A DNA stretch of 64,000 nucleotides from contig JANJGN010000011.1 in assembly GCA_026770705.1 (NCBI GenBank), positions 78,244,001 through 78,308,000 on the forward strand, written 5' to 3'. The notes under the pieces were generated by a model that was not told the DNA's origin, did not search any database, and saw nothing but the letters and a program-made list of their open reading frames with translations. Numbering within the stretch: position 1 is the first letter of the stretch; every line of letters starts with the position of its first letter. Below, one piece after another: positions 1 to 11,976 of the stretch. This DNA is from Isurus oxyrinchus. Taxonomy: Eukaryota. The position numbers and the translations under genes are program-made.

Positions 1-789
1 TTTAGCTTGGAAGTGTCTTGGCCAGGAGCCAAATTGACAAAGGTTGATAGTTATATTCATGCAAGGGCATTATTAATTAGAGATGTGCTCAGTGGAGACG
101 ATAATCTTTGCTTAGATTGCTTTAGACAGTCATCTTGACAAATGAATGGCATGACACTTAACAGCTTGCAAAAACTGGAGAAGAGAACCATTACTATTTG
201 GCCAAATGTTCACACTCTAACGTTAAACTTTGTGAATTATTAACAAAACATATAACAAAATAAGTAACATTGCAAAATGCTTCATGAAAATTGCAATCAC
301 TAGCAAAATAATAAATGATATTTCACTGCAATTGCAGTTTCCTGAATTTTTGAGTATAAGGTACATTTTATGAGACCCCCAAAGACTCGGCAAGAACTCT
401 CTCGCAACGGGTTCGGATCAGATAATCATGGATGCACTCATCGGGAGTGCATCTGCTGTGCTTGAACTCCCACTGTCAGTGCAGAACTTTGTAAAATATA
501 CCTTCAAGTGTTATAAACTTGTCGGACAAGGGATTTTAAAATGATTAATAGTTCACTCACTTACAATACTCCAAGACGAAACTTGCACAATAGAGCATGT
601 ATTTATTTTAAATCATTGTGATTGTGCTCCACGACATAATTGATGCAGAATGTTGAGGTACATCTGTTGCAGCTCTTGTATGTTTATCATAATTTTGAAC
701 ATTTTTACTTTAGATCTATCATGATTCTTTAAAGGATGAATATCCTATTGTCATTATTTTGATATTGAGCAGGGTGCAATGAGTATGTA

Positions 790-3098
790 GCAAGCTTAGA
801 CTGCAAAGGGACCCAATAGAAGAGGAGGGGGGAGGTGGGGAGTGGGAGTTTGGGGGGGAGGGTGGAGAGTTTGGCATACTGCTTGGCCCCTGGAAGAAAA
901 GTCAGTCCCCAAACAGCCAACTTTAAACAAGGCCCACCCGCAACCATAACATGTTCCAGCGGCCTTATCGAGGTGAGGACTGGACTTCCGCCCTTCAGGA
1001 ACAGGAAATTTTATCCTCAAGACCTGCGGGCTGACAGCTCTAATAGTACCTGCAGTGCCAGAACTCATTAGTGGGCACTGCTGGGACTGCAAGCATCTCC
1101 ATGATGAAATTTGATGGTGACTGGAGTAAGGTAAGTCCTAGGCTTTTAGGGCAGGAAGGGATTGGGCACCCTAAGTATGGAGTGAGAGGGGTGGTGGGGT
1201 GGGCTTTGGAAGCCAGGCAGGGAGGCACAAATGTGGGGAAAGCATCTCATTGGGGGTATGTAACCAACTTCCTTTCGACCTTTTGTTGTGTTAAGAAATT
1301 GAATTCTCATTCTCGCTTACCTGCCAATGCCCAGCAGTCTTTTGAGCAGCCAGTTAAAGTAAGTTAACAAATCAAGGGACAAATTAAAAGACAGCCCCCT
1401 AAAGGGATACTGTAAAAATAAAGATAAAAATTTTCAAGGAAACTTACGAAACTCAACTTAAAACATGATTAAGGGGGTCAATAATGCACCTGTTCCTACG
1501 GTGCCCACTGGGCACAGAAGGCTTCGATCGTGCCAGCGGACACCGCATGCTCCCTGTCCAAGGACACCCAGCTGCGAACGTAGCTGCGAATGTGGGGCAG
1601 ACAGTCAGGCCAGACAACACCCTCAATCGCCCGCTGTCTGGACCTGTTAATGGCCAGCTTAGCCAGGAGCAGGTTCACGAGGATGTCCTCCCTCCCCACT
1701 CCTCCCCACACCAGGTGCCCAAAGATCAGGAGTGTGGGGCTGAAGTGCAAGTAAAACAGAAGCAAAAGGTTTTTCAGATAATTGATAAGATGGCGCAGCC
1801 TACAACACCCTATATATATGCATGGTACACAGGGTCCACAAGATTGCAAAACACTCAGGCATCTTAGGAGTCCGTGAACCGACACATCCTGCAGTTGTAT
1901 GGGACTGCCGTGTGCAACACCCTCCACCCCAGATCCTGATGGAAAGAGGGAGGACTCGCATGTAGGGAGCCCTTCACTGGGGACATTCACCATCAAACAG
2001 CAACAGGGTACGTCAGGGCATGACCGGATGGCGAATGAGGATAAAGAATGAGGATGAAGGGTGTGCAGCAGCTCATACAGGAAACCCCTCCTCGCCGAGC
2101 TATAAGGTACGGAGGGCATTTCCACAAGGCAGCTTAGGTTGCGGGGCCTCGGCTTCTGATGGGAGGGTTCGGGGCTTGGGACCAATGTGAAATTCTGCCT
2201 AAGCAGGGGTACACTCAGACAGACTGCACGCCTGAGCCTCCTTGAAACCATGTATGACATCGGGGTCGAGCACAACCGTTCTAAGGTCATGGATGGCATT
2301 GGCTGCGAGCTGGACTTCCACCGACGCACAATGTGCCAATTCCTGTGGATTCATCCAGCCCACTCATCCGCCATCCAGTAAGCCCCCGATTCTGGTCACC
2401 CCAGCCCCCAGCTGTCACGTTAGCTCCCTAACGATAGCCGCTACTCCCGATGGTGAGCAAGGTGACCCTGCTCTGGACTTTGATCAGGTCTAGATAAAAT
2501 ATGGGCAACACCTGCAAGGAGCCATGAAGGCACCTCAGGTCTATAAAAAGGAGCTGCACGTGATAATTCAGCCCGTGTACCTGCCGGAAGAAATACGTCG
2601 CCAGGACACACCACCTAGGAGGAGACTTTACATAAAGGTATCGCTGCAGGGCCTGAAGGAAGAAGGTCACCACCTGGGTGCATAGGCACACTAGCGCCTG
2701 ACTACCCTCCCTTAGAGGGAGACTCAGAACCTCAGCAGCGACCCAGTGCAGCCTTTTGTCCCAGAAGAAATAGACAAGGGCCCTCTGGATTTTTGTGACA
2801 AACTCTGGGGAAGGGGTCAAAGTGACCAACCGGTACTCCAACATGACAGCAATCAGGTGGTTTATGCCCAGCATTTTATGGCAGTGGACGCAGATTGAGG
2901 GTCTTAAATAGGCAATAATCAGCCACTTAAGGGCCTCAATAGGCTTAAGAGTGGGCACCCTATTGGGTGCCTTACCCACCCACCACATTATGGTGACTGA
3001 GTCGGGGGTGGGTGGGAAGGTGGTGACCACCTGACATATTTTACCTTCCCTCCCCACACCGAAAACATGCCTGGCAGGGAGAGCTGTAAAATCTAGCC
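790..3098. mobile_element. Non-autonomous Harbinger-type DNA element (MITE-like), interrupted by a Tx1 LINE
   Basis: The right end CTGTAAAATCTAGCCC matches the GGGC..ATTTT TIR style seen across the window. 890-1140 is homologous to 26770-27010. The left end is unclear. Confidence 0.55.
1362..2873 (-). mobile_element. Tx1-clade (L1 group) non-LTR retrotransposon, 3' part of ORF2 plus 3' UTR, degraded
   Basis: ORFs 2428-3057 and 1496-2329 give KIQRALVYFFWDKRLHWVAAEVLSLPLREG, a zf-RVT-like region, and LLLAKLAINRSRQRA...EAFCAQWAP. These are typical of the Tx1 ORF2 C-terminus. The 3' UTR is T-rich. Confidence 0.85.
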
Positions 3099-3729
3099 TA
3101 TGTTCTCAAGGTCAATGAACAACTAATGCTGGCCTTGCCAGCACACCCGCCTCCCATGAAAGAATGAAAAGGAAAGCAGGATAAACATCATCTAGACCAT
3201 TTTTCCAGAGTTTCCATGGCTCATCTTCTTCCTTAAGTTTGAGAATGGTGTGTGCGATGCACATGCACATTTCTGACAGGAAGTACTCAGGATGTCGTAC
3301 TTGTAAAGGAGTCTTCATGTGCCCACCTAATAACTGCCTGCAGCATGCAGAGCAGGCAGATGATGACATTACCCAGTGTTCAATGCTAATTTAATGCCAG
3401 CCTGTCATTTTTAATCTCCACACTCCAGCATATGTCATCTCTTAACTTTGCACAGTTGAACATAACCTTTAAAATGTCATGAAGAACCCCCCACTAGCAC
3501 TATTTAAAGGGGTCATAAACTACTTAAGGGTTAGTTGCAGGGTTATTTTTTCTTTCTGGCTGTTGGTGCAATTCTACCTGTTCTGGGAGTTTTTGTGTAA
3601 CTTGTCTAATTTTTACTCTTCTTTAGGGAGTGGTATTTTTTTGGTGACTTAAATAGTTGTGTTGAAACCGGTTGCTTGCTGACATGGGTGGCCTAGTGGG
3701 CCTTCCTCTTAGAATTGAACATGACTGAA

Positions 3730-4087
3730 ATTTAGAAAGTTGCGTGGTGATTTGATTGAGGTTTTCAGGATGTTAAGGGGAAATGATGCGGGAGATCGGA
3801 AGAAACTAATTCCACTGGCTGGGGAGTCTGGGACTAGGTGGCATAGTCAAGAGTGAAAATAGGAAACACTTCTACACACAAAAGATGATAGCAGTTTGGA
3901 ACTTTGTTCCACAACAGGCGAATAATGCTCAATGAATTGTCAATTTTAAATTTGAGATTGATGGATATTTGTTAAACAAAGGCATTAACGGATATGGGAC
4001 AAAATATGAAGCCAAGTTGAAGATCAGGGTTTTCCTCAGTGGAACAGGCTCAAAGGACTAAATGGTTACCTCCTGTACTTATGTTCC
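3730..4087 (+). mobile_element. CR1 LINE 3' fragment
   Basis: LRGDLIEVFRML-type ORF2 C-terminal coding sequence and the CR1 3' tail (AATGG..ACCTCCTGTACTTATGTTCC). Confidence 0.85.
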
Positions 4088-4174
4088 AAGAATGAAGACA
4101 GACCACACAGCTTAGACAAGCTGTTGGAAGAGGGAGGAGGAGTAAAACGCTCTCAGCAGGAGGCTATATGTGAG

Positions 4175-4790
4175 AGATCTAAGTCATTGATGTAAATCAT
4201 AAAAAGCTGAGGCCCCAGCACAGACCCCTGTGGGAGTCCACTCATCACATCCTGCCAATCAAAAAAAGCCCATTTATGCATACTTCCTGCTTTCTGCCAG
4301 CCAGTCAATCTTCTGTCCATGCTAATATGTTACCCATTACACCATGCACTTTTATTGTCCGTAATACTCTTTGATGTGGCACTTTATCAAATGCCTTCTG
4401 GAAATCCAAGTACAGTATGTCTATAGAATCCCCTTTATCCACTGCACATGTTACTCCTTCAAGAAAACTCCAATAAATTGGTTAAACATGATTTTCCTTT
4501 CACAAAACCATGCTAACTCTTCCCTATTACCTTGAGCTCTCCTCCTTAAAGATCGATTCTAATAACTTCCTCAAGACAGATGCCAAGCTAACTGGCCTAT
4601 AGTTTCCTGTTTTCTGCCTCCCTCCCTTCTTGAATAAAGGGGTTATATTTGCTACTTTCCAGAATCTAGCGAATTTTAGAAAATTAACACCAGGGCATCA
4701 ACTCCCTGATTAACCACCTCTTTTAAGACCCTAGGATGTAATCCATTGAGACCTGGAGACTTGCCAGCCTGCAGCTCCATCAATTTGCCA
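4175..4790 (-). mobile_element. CR1 LINE reverse-transcriptase fragment
   Basis: KSPGLNGLHPRVLKEV, NYRPVSL, YLDFQKAFDKV and PQGSVLGP motifs on the minus strand. Confidence 0.9.
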
Positions 4791-5675
4791 GCTTCATGCT
4801 CTACCAAGCTTGGCCTGGATAGCAGCAGTCTGAGCTGGCTCGCAATAGCAAGGGCATTGGCAGGAATGGGAAGGATAATGCTGTTATCCTGAAAAAGGAC
4901 AATAGATTTATATTCCATGGAGCCAGTGCCACTCTCCAGGGCAGTGCCTCAGCAATCCAGTCATCGGTTGGAGAACAAATTGCTGAAATTCTGTAACATC
5001 CTGGAAGCTCCTTGTAGCATATTGTACAGCTACCACTAAATAAAGTTCATCCAACAGTAGCTGCTTGCCCTGAATCCACTTTGTGAGCCTTTTCTTAATG
5101 CAGGACATAACAGAAAGATGGCAACGAAGCTAGGATAGAATTCTTTTTTAAATTTCATTTGAGAAATTAAGGACTGAAGGGAATTGTGACACACTTTGGA
5201 ACTCCTAAAGCTGATTTGGAGGAAGTTTAAGCAATTTGAAAGATTGTTCTGGGCACACATTGTGTTCTTGTACAGCTCAGGGTGAGATAAGGTTTCGACC
5301 AGTGATTTAAAAAAAACTTTTAAAATTAATTTTTAACATGTCTCTGCTCATGCGACAGAGTCACATAAGGGGACATATTTTCCTTATTTTTTAATTCTTT
5401 ATTTTTAATGTTAAAAATCTTCAGCTCCCTGAGGCAGCTCTGTGCCTTCAGGGAGCTTTCACTGCGCACATCCCCCGCGCATGCGCACACTTCAGCGCTC
5501 ATGCTCCTCCCGCCCCCACACAGCAGCGTTAAGGCTCCCATTGCGTGTTTCACATTGGCTGGCCGTTAATTGCCCAGCCAGCATGAAATTGCGGTCGGGG
5601 CCTGATCACGGGAGGGGGTCAGTTTTGCGGCCACTCCCAGGCCCACCCACCCACCGTACCCGCTCAATGAGGTAG

Positions 5676-6312
5676 ACAACCTTAGGAAGGCAAATGCAAT
5701 GTTGGCATTTATTTCAAGAGGACTAGAATATAAAAGCAGGGATGTGCTGCTGAGGCTTTATAAGGCTCTGGTCAGACCACATTTAGAATATTGTGAGTAA
5801 TTTTGGCCCCGTATCTCAGGAAGGATGTGCTGGCCCTGGAGAGAGTCCAGAGGAGGTTCATGAGAATGATCCCAGGAATGAAAGGCTTAACATATGAGGA
5901 ACATTTGAGGACTCTAGGTCTATACTTGATGGAGTTTAGAAGGATGAGGGGGGATCTGATTGAAACTTACAGAATACTTAAAGGCCTGGATAGAGTGGAC
6001 GTGGGGAAGATGTTTCCATTAGTAGGATGGATTGGACCCGAGGGCACAGTCTCAAAGTAAAGGGAAGACCTTTTAGCACAGAGATGAGGAGAAATGTCTT
6101 TAGCCAGAGAGTGGTGAATCTATGGAATTCATTGCCACAGAGGGCTGTGGAGGCCAGGTCATTGAGTGTATTTAAGACCGAGATAGATAGGTTCTTGATT
6201 AGTAAGGGGATCAAAGATTATGGGGAGAAGGTGGGAGAATGGGGTTGAGAAACTCATCAGCCATGATTGAATGACGGAGCAGACCTGATGGGCCGAATGG
6301 CCTAATTTCTGA
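5676..6312 (+). mobile_element. CR1 LINE 3' fragment
   Basis: LERVQRRFMRMIPGMKGLTYEE...RGDLIETYRIL and TRGHSLKV...FSQRVVNLWNSLP, followed by the GGGCCGAATGGCCT tail. Confidence 0.95.
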
Positions 6313-6314
6313 TC

Positions 6315-7730
6315 CAACCAGGCTTACAGAAACTCATGGATTTCCGTATGCCATATTCTCTTGTATATTTTCAATTTCAGCAATTTCACTGGACTTGTCT
6401 GACATCATTGGAGATTGTAGCACTTTATATCCAGGGGGTTCATATCCTAATAATAAAACCAACACCATTAATAGCAACTTCAACACAATTTCCACAACTA
6501 TAGTAATGGAAGTCAAACCACATTCAAATTAAGATAAAAGCAAAACACTGCGGATGCTGGAAATCTGAAATAAAAACAGAAAATGCTGGAAAAACTCAGC
6601 AGGTCTGACAGCATCTGTGGAGACAGAAACAAAGTTAACATTTCGAGTCCGCATGACTCTTCAAGTCCGTATGACAAAGCTGCTTGAGTTTTTTCCAGCA
6701 TTTTCTGTTTTTATTTTGCATTATGCAGCAGAGAGGTTAAACAACCTCCTTTAATATCCTTAATCCATACATTCTTAAATAGCGTGCATTCTAGAGGGGG
6801 TTTCCCTTCACCTGTACCATCAGCAATTGAGCTGACCCCATATCTCTTAGAATATTATTTGTTTGCCTGCTTTACCGGACAAAAAGGTTGAGACTTCACC
6901 CTTGAAATCAAAGTTCTTATAATGCTCTATGCTCTGGTCTTAACCGATAGTAAATACATTCAAAGCTACTGATTTGTCACAAGCACCACCTACTGGTACA
7001 ATATTTTATACAGTTTTAGCTTTCAATTTGCAACAATCTGCCTTCAGATGTCCTCTCTTATGACAAAAATGACATGTTTGTCCCCTTGAATCATACTTAT
7101 CCCCGATACTGTCTGTTTTCCTATCTGAAGAGTATCTGCCTTTTCATTTCTGTTATCTTCCTCACTGTAACCAATATTCTGTTCATTATTAGATCTCTTA
7201 TCTCTCCAGTTTCTGTGTGGGTTTGCAAACTATGGTCTGCTGCTGCTCACATGTTTCTGAGACAATTCATAGTCAGCAGCCATTATAGCAGCTGTTCTTT
7301 TCTTAGAAAATTTATGGTCTTCTAGTGGGGTCCTTATTCCTAAAGGTACACTATTTTAAAACATCTCCATTAACATTACCTCTCTAAGGTTCCTGTTATT
7401 CCCAGTATAGGCATTAGATATTACAATTTTTTTAAGCCACATTTTTAAAGACTGCAAAAGATGATATCTGGGGATCACCAAGCTTCTCTTGTCGATTGAA
7501 ACTACTCTGTCTCCAGAGAGAACAAAAGAATACATCATTGACTGACGTAACTCATCGTGGGTCAGATTAAAAGTTAAACAAAATCCTTTGACACCTCCTT
7601 GAAATATGGTGGTCTGCTTTTCAAACACAAAAGCCTTTGGTTGTCTGAAACCACAGGTGTGAAAAGCCACAGTTCAGAATGCTTATCAAATTGATACACC
7701 AGCTTGTTTGGACAATGACTCGGCACTTAA
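6315..7730 (-). mobile_element. Gypsy (Gmr1-like) LTR retrotransposon gag-protease remnant
   Basis: Frameshifted translation gives capsid C-terminus LREVMLMEMF*NSVPLGIRTPLED..AAIMAADYEL, zinc knuckle CHFCHKRGHLKADC (about 7030-7073), and protease motif ILRDMGSAQLL (about 6820-6856). The protease C-terminus continues in 6334-6525. Confidence 0.85.
6531..6717. mobile_element. Short foldback Penelope-terminus derivative
   Basis: Penelope end sequence (CTGCGGATGCTGGAAATCTG...CTCAGCAGGTCTGACAGCATCTG) with inverted arms at 6568-6602 and 6681-6717. Confidence 0.8.
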
Positions 7731-7734
7731 TTTG

Positions 7735-8703
7735 AGATCACATGGTTAAGGTGGCCATCCTTGCTCCCTGCTTGACAGCTGATTGGGAGATTCCACATAG
7801 ATCTCCCACTGAGCCCTGGAAAGAGCCAGAGGCATTGAAGTTGAGGGTCATTGTGACCTTCAGAGCCACTGGCACAGGGTGTCCAACCACACAGTCGGAG
7901 CTGATCTCAGGCCCAATCATCTAACAAATGGAGTTCACAGCCTTCCTTGAGAGGTGGAGCCTCCTTCAGCGTCGCACCCTAGATGTATTGAGGTAGCTGC
8001 ATCGCTGCCTGTAAACCCTGGCAGCAGGATAGTGGCGTATTCTTCCGCCCCTACCGCCTTGAACTGCCAGCTGGCCTGTGCCCCCTGTGCCTGCGTCTTT
8101 CCTCCCACAGGTCCCTCCCCTGGAAGCTGCCTCCTCTCCCTTCTGCCCATCTTTTCCTCCTCAGGGGAGGTGCCACCAGCGGAGACCACAATCCCCACTG
8201 CCAGAGTAACAGAAGGCTGTCTGATACCTGGAAGGGTCCACATGATCTGAATCATCCGGGGACATTGGAGACACCAAGGAGTCCTGAAATAAAGCCCGGA
8301 AATGCTAAGAATGAAGCCGCAAACAGAAATGAAGCTGCCAAATACCAATAAGTCACCAGCCGCAAACTATCTACCAAACTGCTCACTACTCCACTGACAA
8401 AGCTGCTGACCTTTCTCATCCTGCCCGTGGATGAGGTTTTTGAAATTGTCAACTGGCCGCCTTCCCATTTTACCCATGTGATGAGTGCAAAATCACACAG
8501 GCAACGAAAAATCAGTGTCAATCGACTTTTAAATAGCCTTATGTGGCTTCTTAATTAATGGCAGGCGCAGTTCCGGCGCCCGCTGACCAAAATATCGTGC
8601 ATGTGAGCAATGACATCAGGAGGCTCACCCAACGTCATCGCGCACTATTTTACACTCGAGTGTGTTGGGCGCGCACCCGCATGCCGAGCAAAAAATTCTG
8701 CCC
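7735..8703 (-). mobile_element. Harbinger transposon end with HARBI1-type transposase N-terminal pseudogene
   Basis: RVYRQRCSYL...[52 protein letters not shown] ends at 8703. Confidence 0.88.
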
Positions 8704-9361
8704 TAATATAGAGAAGTGTGAAGCAATGCACTTTAGAAGAAATTATAAGGACCGACAATGTAAATTAGGGTACAGGTTAATTTAATGTCACTTCTTTGCT
8801 ATCCAGCACTTTCTGTTTTACCGAAGACTTAATAATGCTTTAATTACAGTCAGCTTCCTGGTGAATCAGCAGACATTTCGTTATTTAAGGCTCTGCATTA
8901 ACATTAGTCATTCTTCAGAGAATGTGAAAAAAGTTAAGTTTACAAAACGTAAGCTCTTTTTCATAAGGGTACCAACAAAATGAATAACATAAACCAGTAA
9001 CAGGAACATGCTTTACATCTGTAAAATAAGGCAAAAGGCTTAAAGATGCCACTACCCTTTAGAAACTCCTCAAAGAGATTCTCTTATGCACTCTCCAGAT
9101 GGGAGAATTCAGTACCAATTCTATCCCATTTTAAACAGATGGGAAATGAAGTTAGGCTTTATTTTCATGCAGAGAAGTATTTTAATGGAGCAAGTGTTAT
9201 TTTTGGCAAGACTACATTAGAACTGACTAAAACACTTGGCAGATTATCATGCTCAATGCTAAGTGATGCAGATCCAGTTATATGGACTGGAGCCAGACCT
9301 TTCAGTTTCCTTTACTTCCACACTTCTGCTCCTGTTTCACTGGTCTGAAATAAGTAAAAAG

Positions 9362-9700
9362 ATGTCAACCTTGGCTCAATCGTAGCTCTCTTGCTCTTGA
9401 GTCAGAATGTTGTGAGCTCGAGTCCCACTCCAGTAACTTAAAACACATTATCCAACCCAGTGCAATACTGAGGGAGTGCTATATTACACTGTCTTCCTGG
9501 AGAGATGTTAAACTAAGATTCCATCTGCTAAGTAGATGCAAAAGATTCCAAGGGACAATTTGAAGAAATAGTCATGTACTCTTGTGTAATGGCTAACATC
9601 CTGTGGAATTTTGCAATGTGCAGATTAACTGTCACATAAGGTTAAAAGGTTCCATTGGTTATAAAGCTGGGATGTGGTAAGAATCTACATAAATTTATGT
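9362..9700 (+). mobile_element. tRNA-headed SINE with Deu-like domain (SacSINE1/DeuSINE-like), old
   Basis: Box A-like TGGCTCAATCGTAG and box B-like GCTCGAGTCCC, then CAGTGCAATACTGAGGGAGTGCT...GAGATGTTAAAC resembling the Deu domain. Confidence 0.7.
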
Positions 9701-10889
9701 CCTATCCTTAACTCTTAGATAACTTGTATATGATATATACCTGTCATTACACAAGAATGTGTTATGATAACTGCATACTATGTATTAAGCTACTTATGGC
9801 AATGATATTACATTTACAGCCTGTTGTACAAAACTAAATTGATAAGAATGATATTTTCCTGTGTAATATACATCAAATATGAAAGCAAATTACATTTTTG
9901 TGGTTTGGCTTGAGTCAAAGTTTTAAATATTCACACTTATTCCTTCACTCGTTGCTGCAATAAGTAATAATTAGCTGAGAAAACCAGCAAGTGTAATACT
10001 TAATGCACATTTATGGAACGCCAAAATAAAACGCAGTCACCTTTACAGTGAGATATTTTACATAAAATAAGAAGGATTAAAATATTATCCAACTTTGTAA
10101 TAATCACAATTAAAATTAATAATAAAAGCACAATTACATTTTTCCTGTAAATCTAGTAGAAACAGTTTAGATCCAGAACATTCAATTCTTAACACTAACT
10201 GGTTGATGTCCTCAGTCAAAGTAATTACTTTGTGAGAAAGAACTAGTATTAGCCTTACTACAAGTGTTGTAATGAAGAAATAAAGACATAGGTACAAATG
10301 CAATAGATTCATTTAATAGGATTGCTGACTCCCTCACATAGTACAGCATGTACGATCAAAGTTAATGGTGTGTGACACTAATCAACTGAATTTTAAAAGC
10401 AAAGTAGCCATTTTGTGAAATTGTACATTTAGGTCAGTTAAGGAGTCATGAGCTATCACAAACCAAATTACATAAGCCATAGGTTTTATGCGGAAAAAAC
10501 TCAGTGCTTTGAAACTGATTACAGTGACTAATAGATTATACTATCTGGTGATCATATAAAACACATTGTGAGACCCTACATCACAGTACAGATCTGCTGT
10601 GAGATCTTCCATTGCACTTCAGATGCTTTGTGAGCTAAGAGACCATAATTCCAACAGTTTAGTAAGTTTACAGAACATAAGAGATCAGAATTTGGCTATC
10701 CTGGATTTTATGCCCTTTTTAGATGTGCACTATTTTTGGGCTGGATAAGAGGGAGAATGTAAGATAAGTCCATCCTAGCTGAGGAACAACTACATAAGTT
10801 CTTGTTTCAGACCAGGATGGTATCATAGGGTGAATCCCTCTCTAGATTAGTCCATGTGGATTCTATCACATAGTTACTGTTGCAATATC

Positions 10890-11640
10890 GGCCTGAATTT
10901 TTTGGATGGCTGCATCTCACTTTCTGCCATCCGAAGAATCAGCGGGGAACACATCCCCACCGACTCCGAGTGCCCCGCAGACATATCACATTCAAATGAG
11001 CATTAAGTGGCTGCAGGCAGGACTTCTATCCCTCACTCAGGAGCTGCAGTGGACTGAAGAGGAATTGCATGAGGAAGCCTGAGACTAGGTACTGGCACCA
11101 GAGGCCAAGGTAAGTTCAAGGAGTCCCAGAGCAGGGAAGGTAGGGAAGACCTGGGGGGTTTTGAAGGGGGTGGTTGGGGTCTCACGAGGAAGGCCAGGAT
11201 GGGGGGGAGGGAGAGGGAGGTCCGGAGGCCACCTGACCTTAAGGGGAAGGGGCGCCTGACTTCAGAAGGGGCTTCTGATAGAGGCGCTCTCCCCAATCTT
11301 CCCACCTGAGATCTAAGTCAGTTGAATTTCAGGCTTGCCCCTCGCATGGTCAATCTTCCCACCAGCCTAAAAACTGAGGCTGGGCAGGAAACGACACTTA
11401 AATGGCCAAGTAAGGCCTTCAACTGGGGCAAGGGTGGGCTTCCCATCTGGGGCCTTGCCCACTCCAGCATAAATCACTGCAGTCGGAGTAGGCAGGAACC
11501 CAGAGCACGTCCCGCCCTTTTAATTTCACATTCTTTCCACCCCCACCCCCACCACCCACTGCTGAGCAATCTTCTTCCACCATGGCCCCCCAACCCACAA
11601 CTCCCTACCTCCCACCCTCACCCTGGAGTAATTTTATTCC
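10890..11640. mobile_element. Non-autonomous Harbinger-type MITE
   Basis: Starts GGCCTGAATTTTT. It carries the same subterminal motifs (ATTAAGTGG, GGACTTC) as other copies and has no coding remnant. Confidence 0.55.
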
Positions 11641-11976
11641 ACCCAACCCAAACTTTCAGAAGTCAAACTTTGAGCCAACATAAGGCCATATTAGGTCATA
11701 TGACTAAAAGTTTGGCTAAAAGGTTGAGTTTGAAAGATTTAGAGAAAATCACCGATCACTTTCCTCACAGTGCGGGCTTCTGACCCCTATTTAACTCTGA
11801 CATCGGGATCTTAAAGCCTGTGGGAAAATTCTGAAATGGAGGCTGAGATTTTCCAGTCCTGCCAGCTGCAGGGCCCGTCACTAGCGGGACTGCATTAACC
11901 TATCAGAAAGGTCTTGCAGTCCTTTGCATTTACCTTGATAAGTGTAAATATTCAAACCAATAATAAATGCCCCATT

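Larger units (their letters stand above)
3200..5675 (+). mobile_element. Fragmented Harbinger element(s) hosting two CR1 fragments
   Basis: HARBI1-like N-terminal remnant at about 3685-3725 and 4088-4170. The subterminal block 5285-5675 is homologous to 57256-57711. Confidence 0.5.

Noticed and set aside
1-138. Open frame FSLEVSWPGAKLTKVDSY...CFRQSS* at the window start
   Set aside because: Only 45 codons, with no recognisable motif and no visible acceptor context; compatible with chance.
6334-6516. Apparent small membrane protein ORF
   Set aside because: It is the frameshifted C-terminus of the Gypsy protease region.
8919-8948. Possible 30-nt plus-strand microexon (ENVKKVKFTK) between CAG and GTAAGC
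   Set aside because: Weak polypyrimidine tract and no partner exons on the plus strand.
10085-10312. Hydrophobic 75-aa ORF
   Set aside because: AT-rich composition readily yields such peptides; no motif support.
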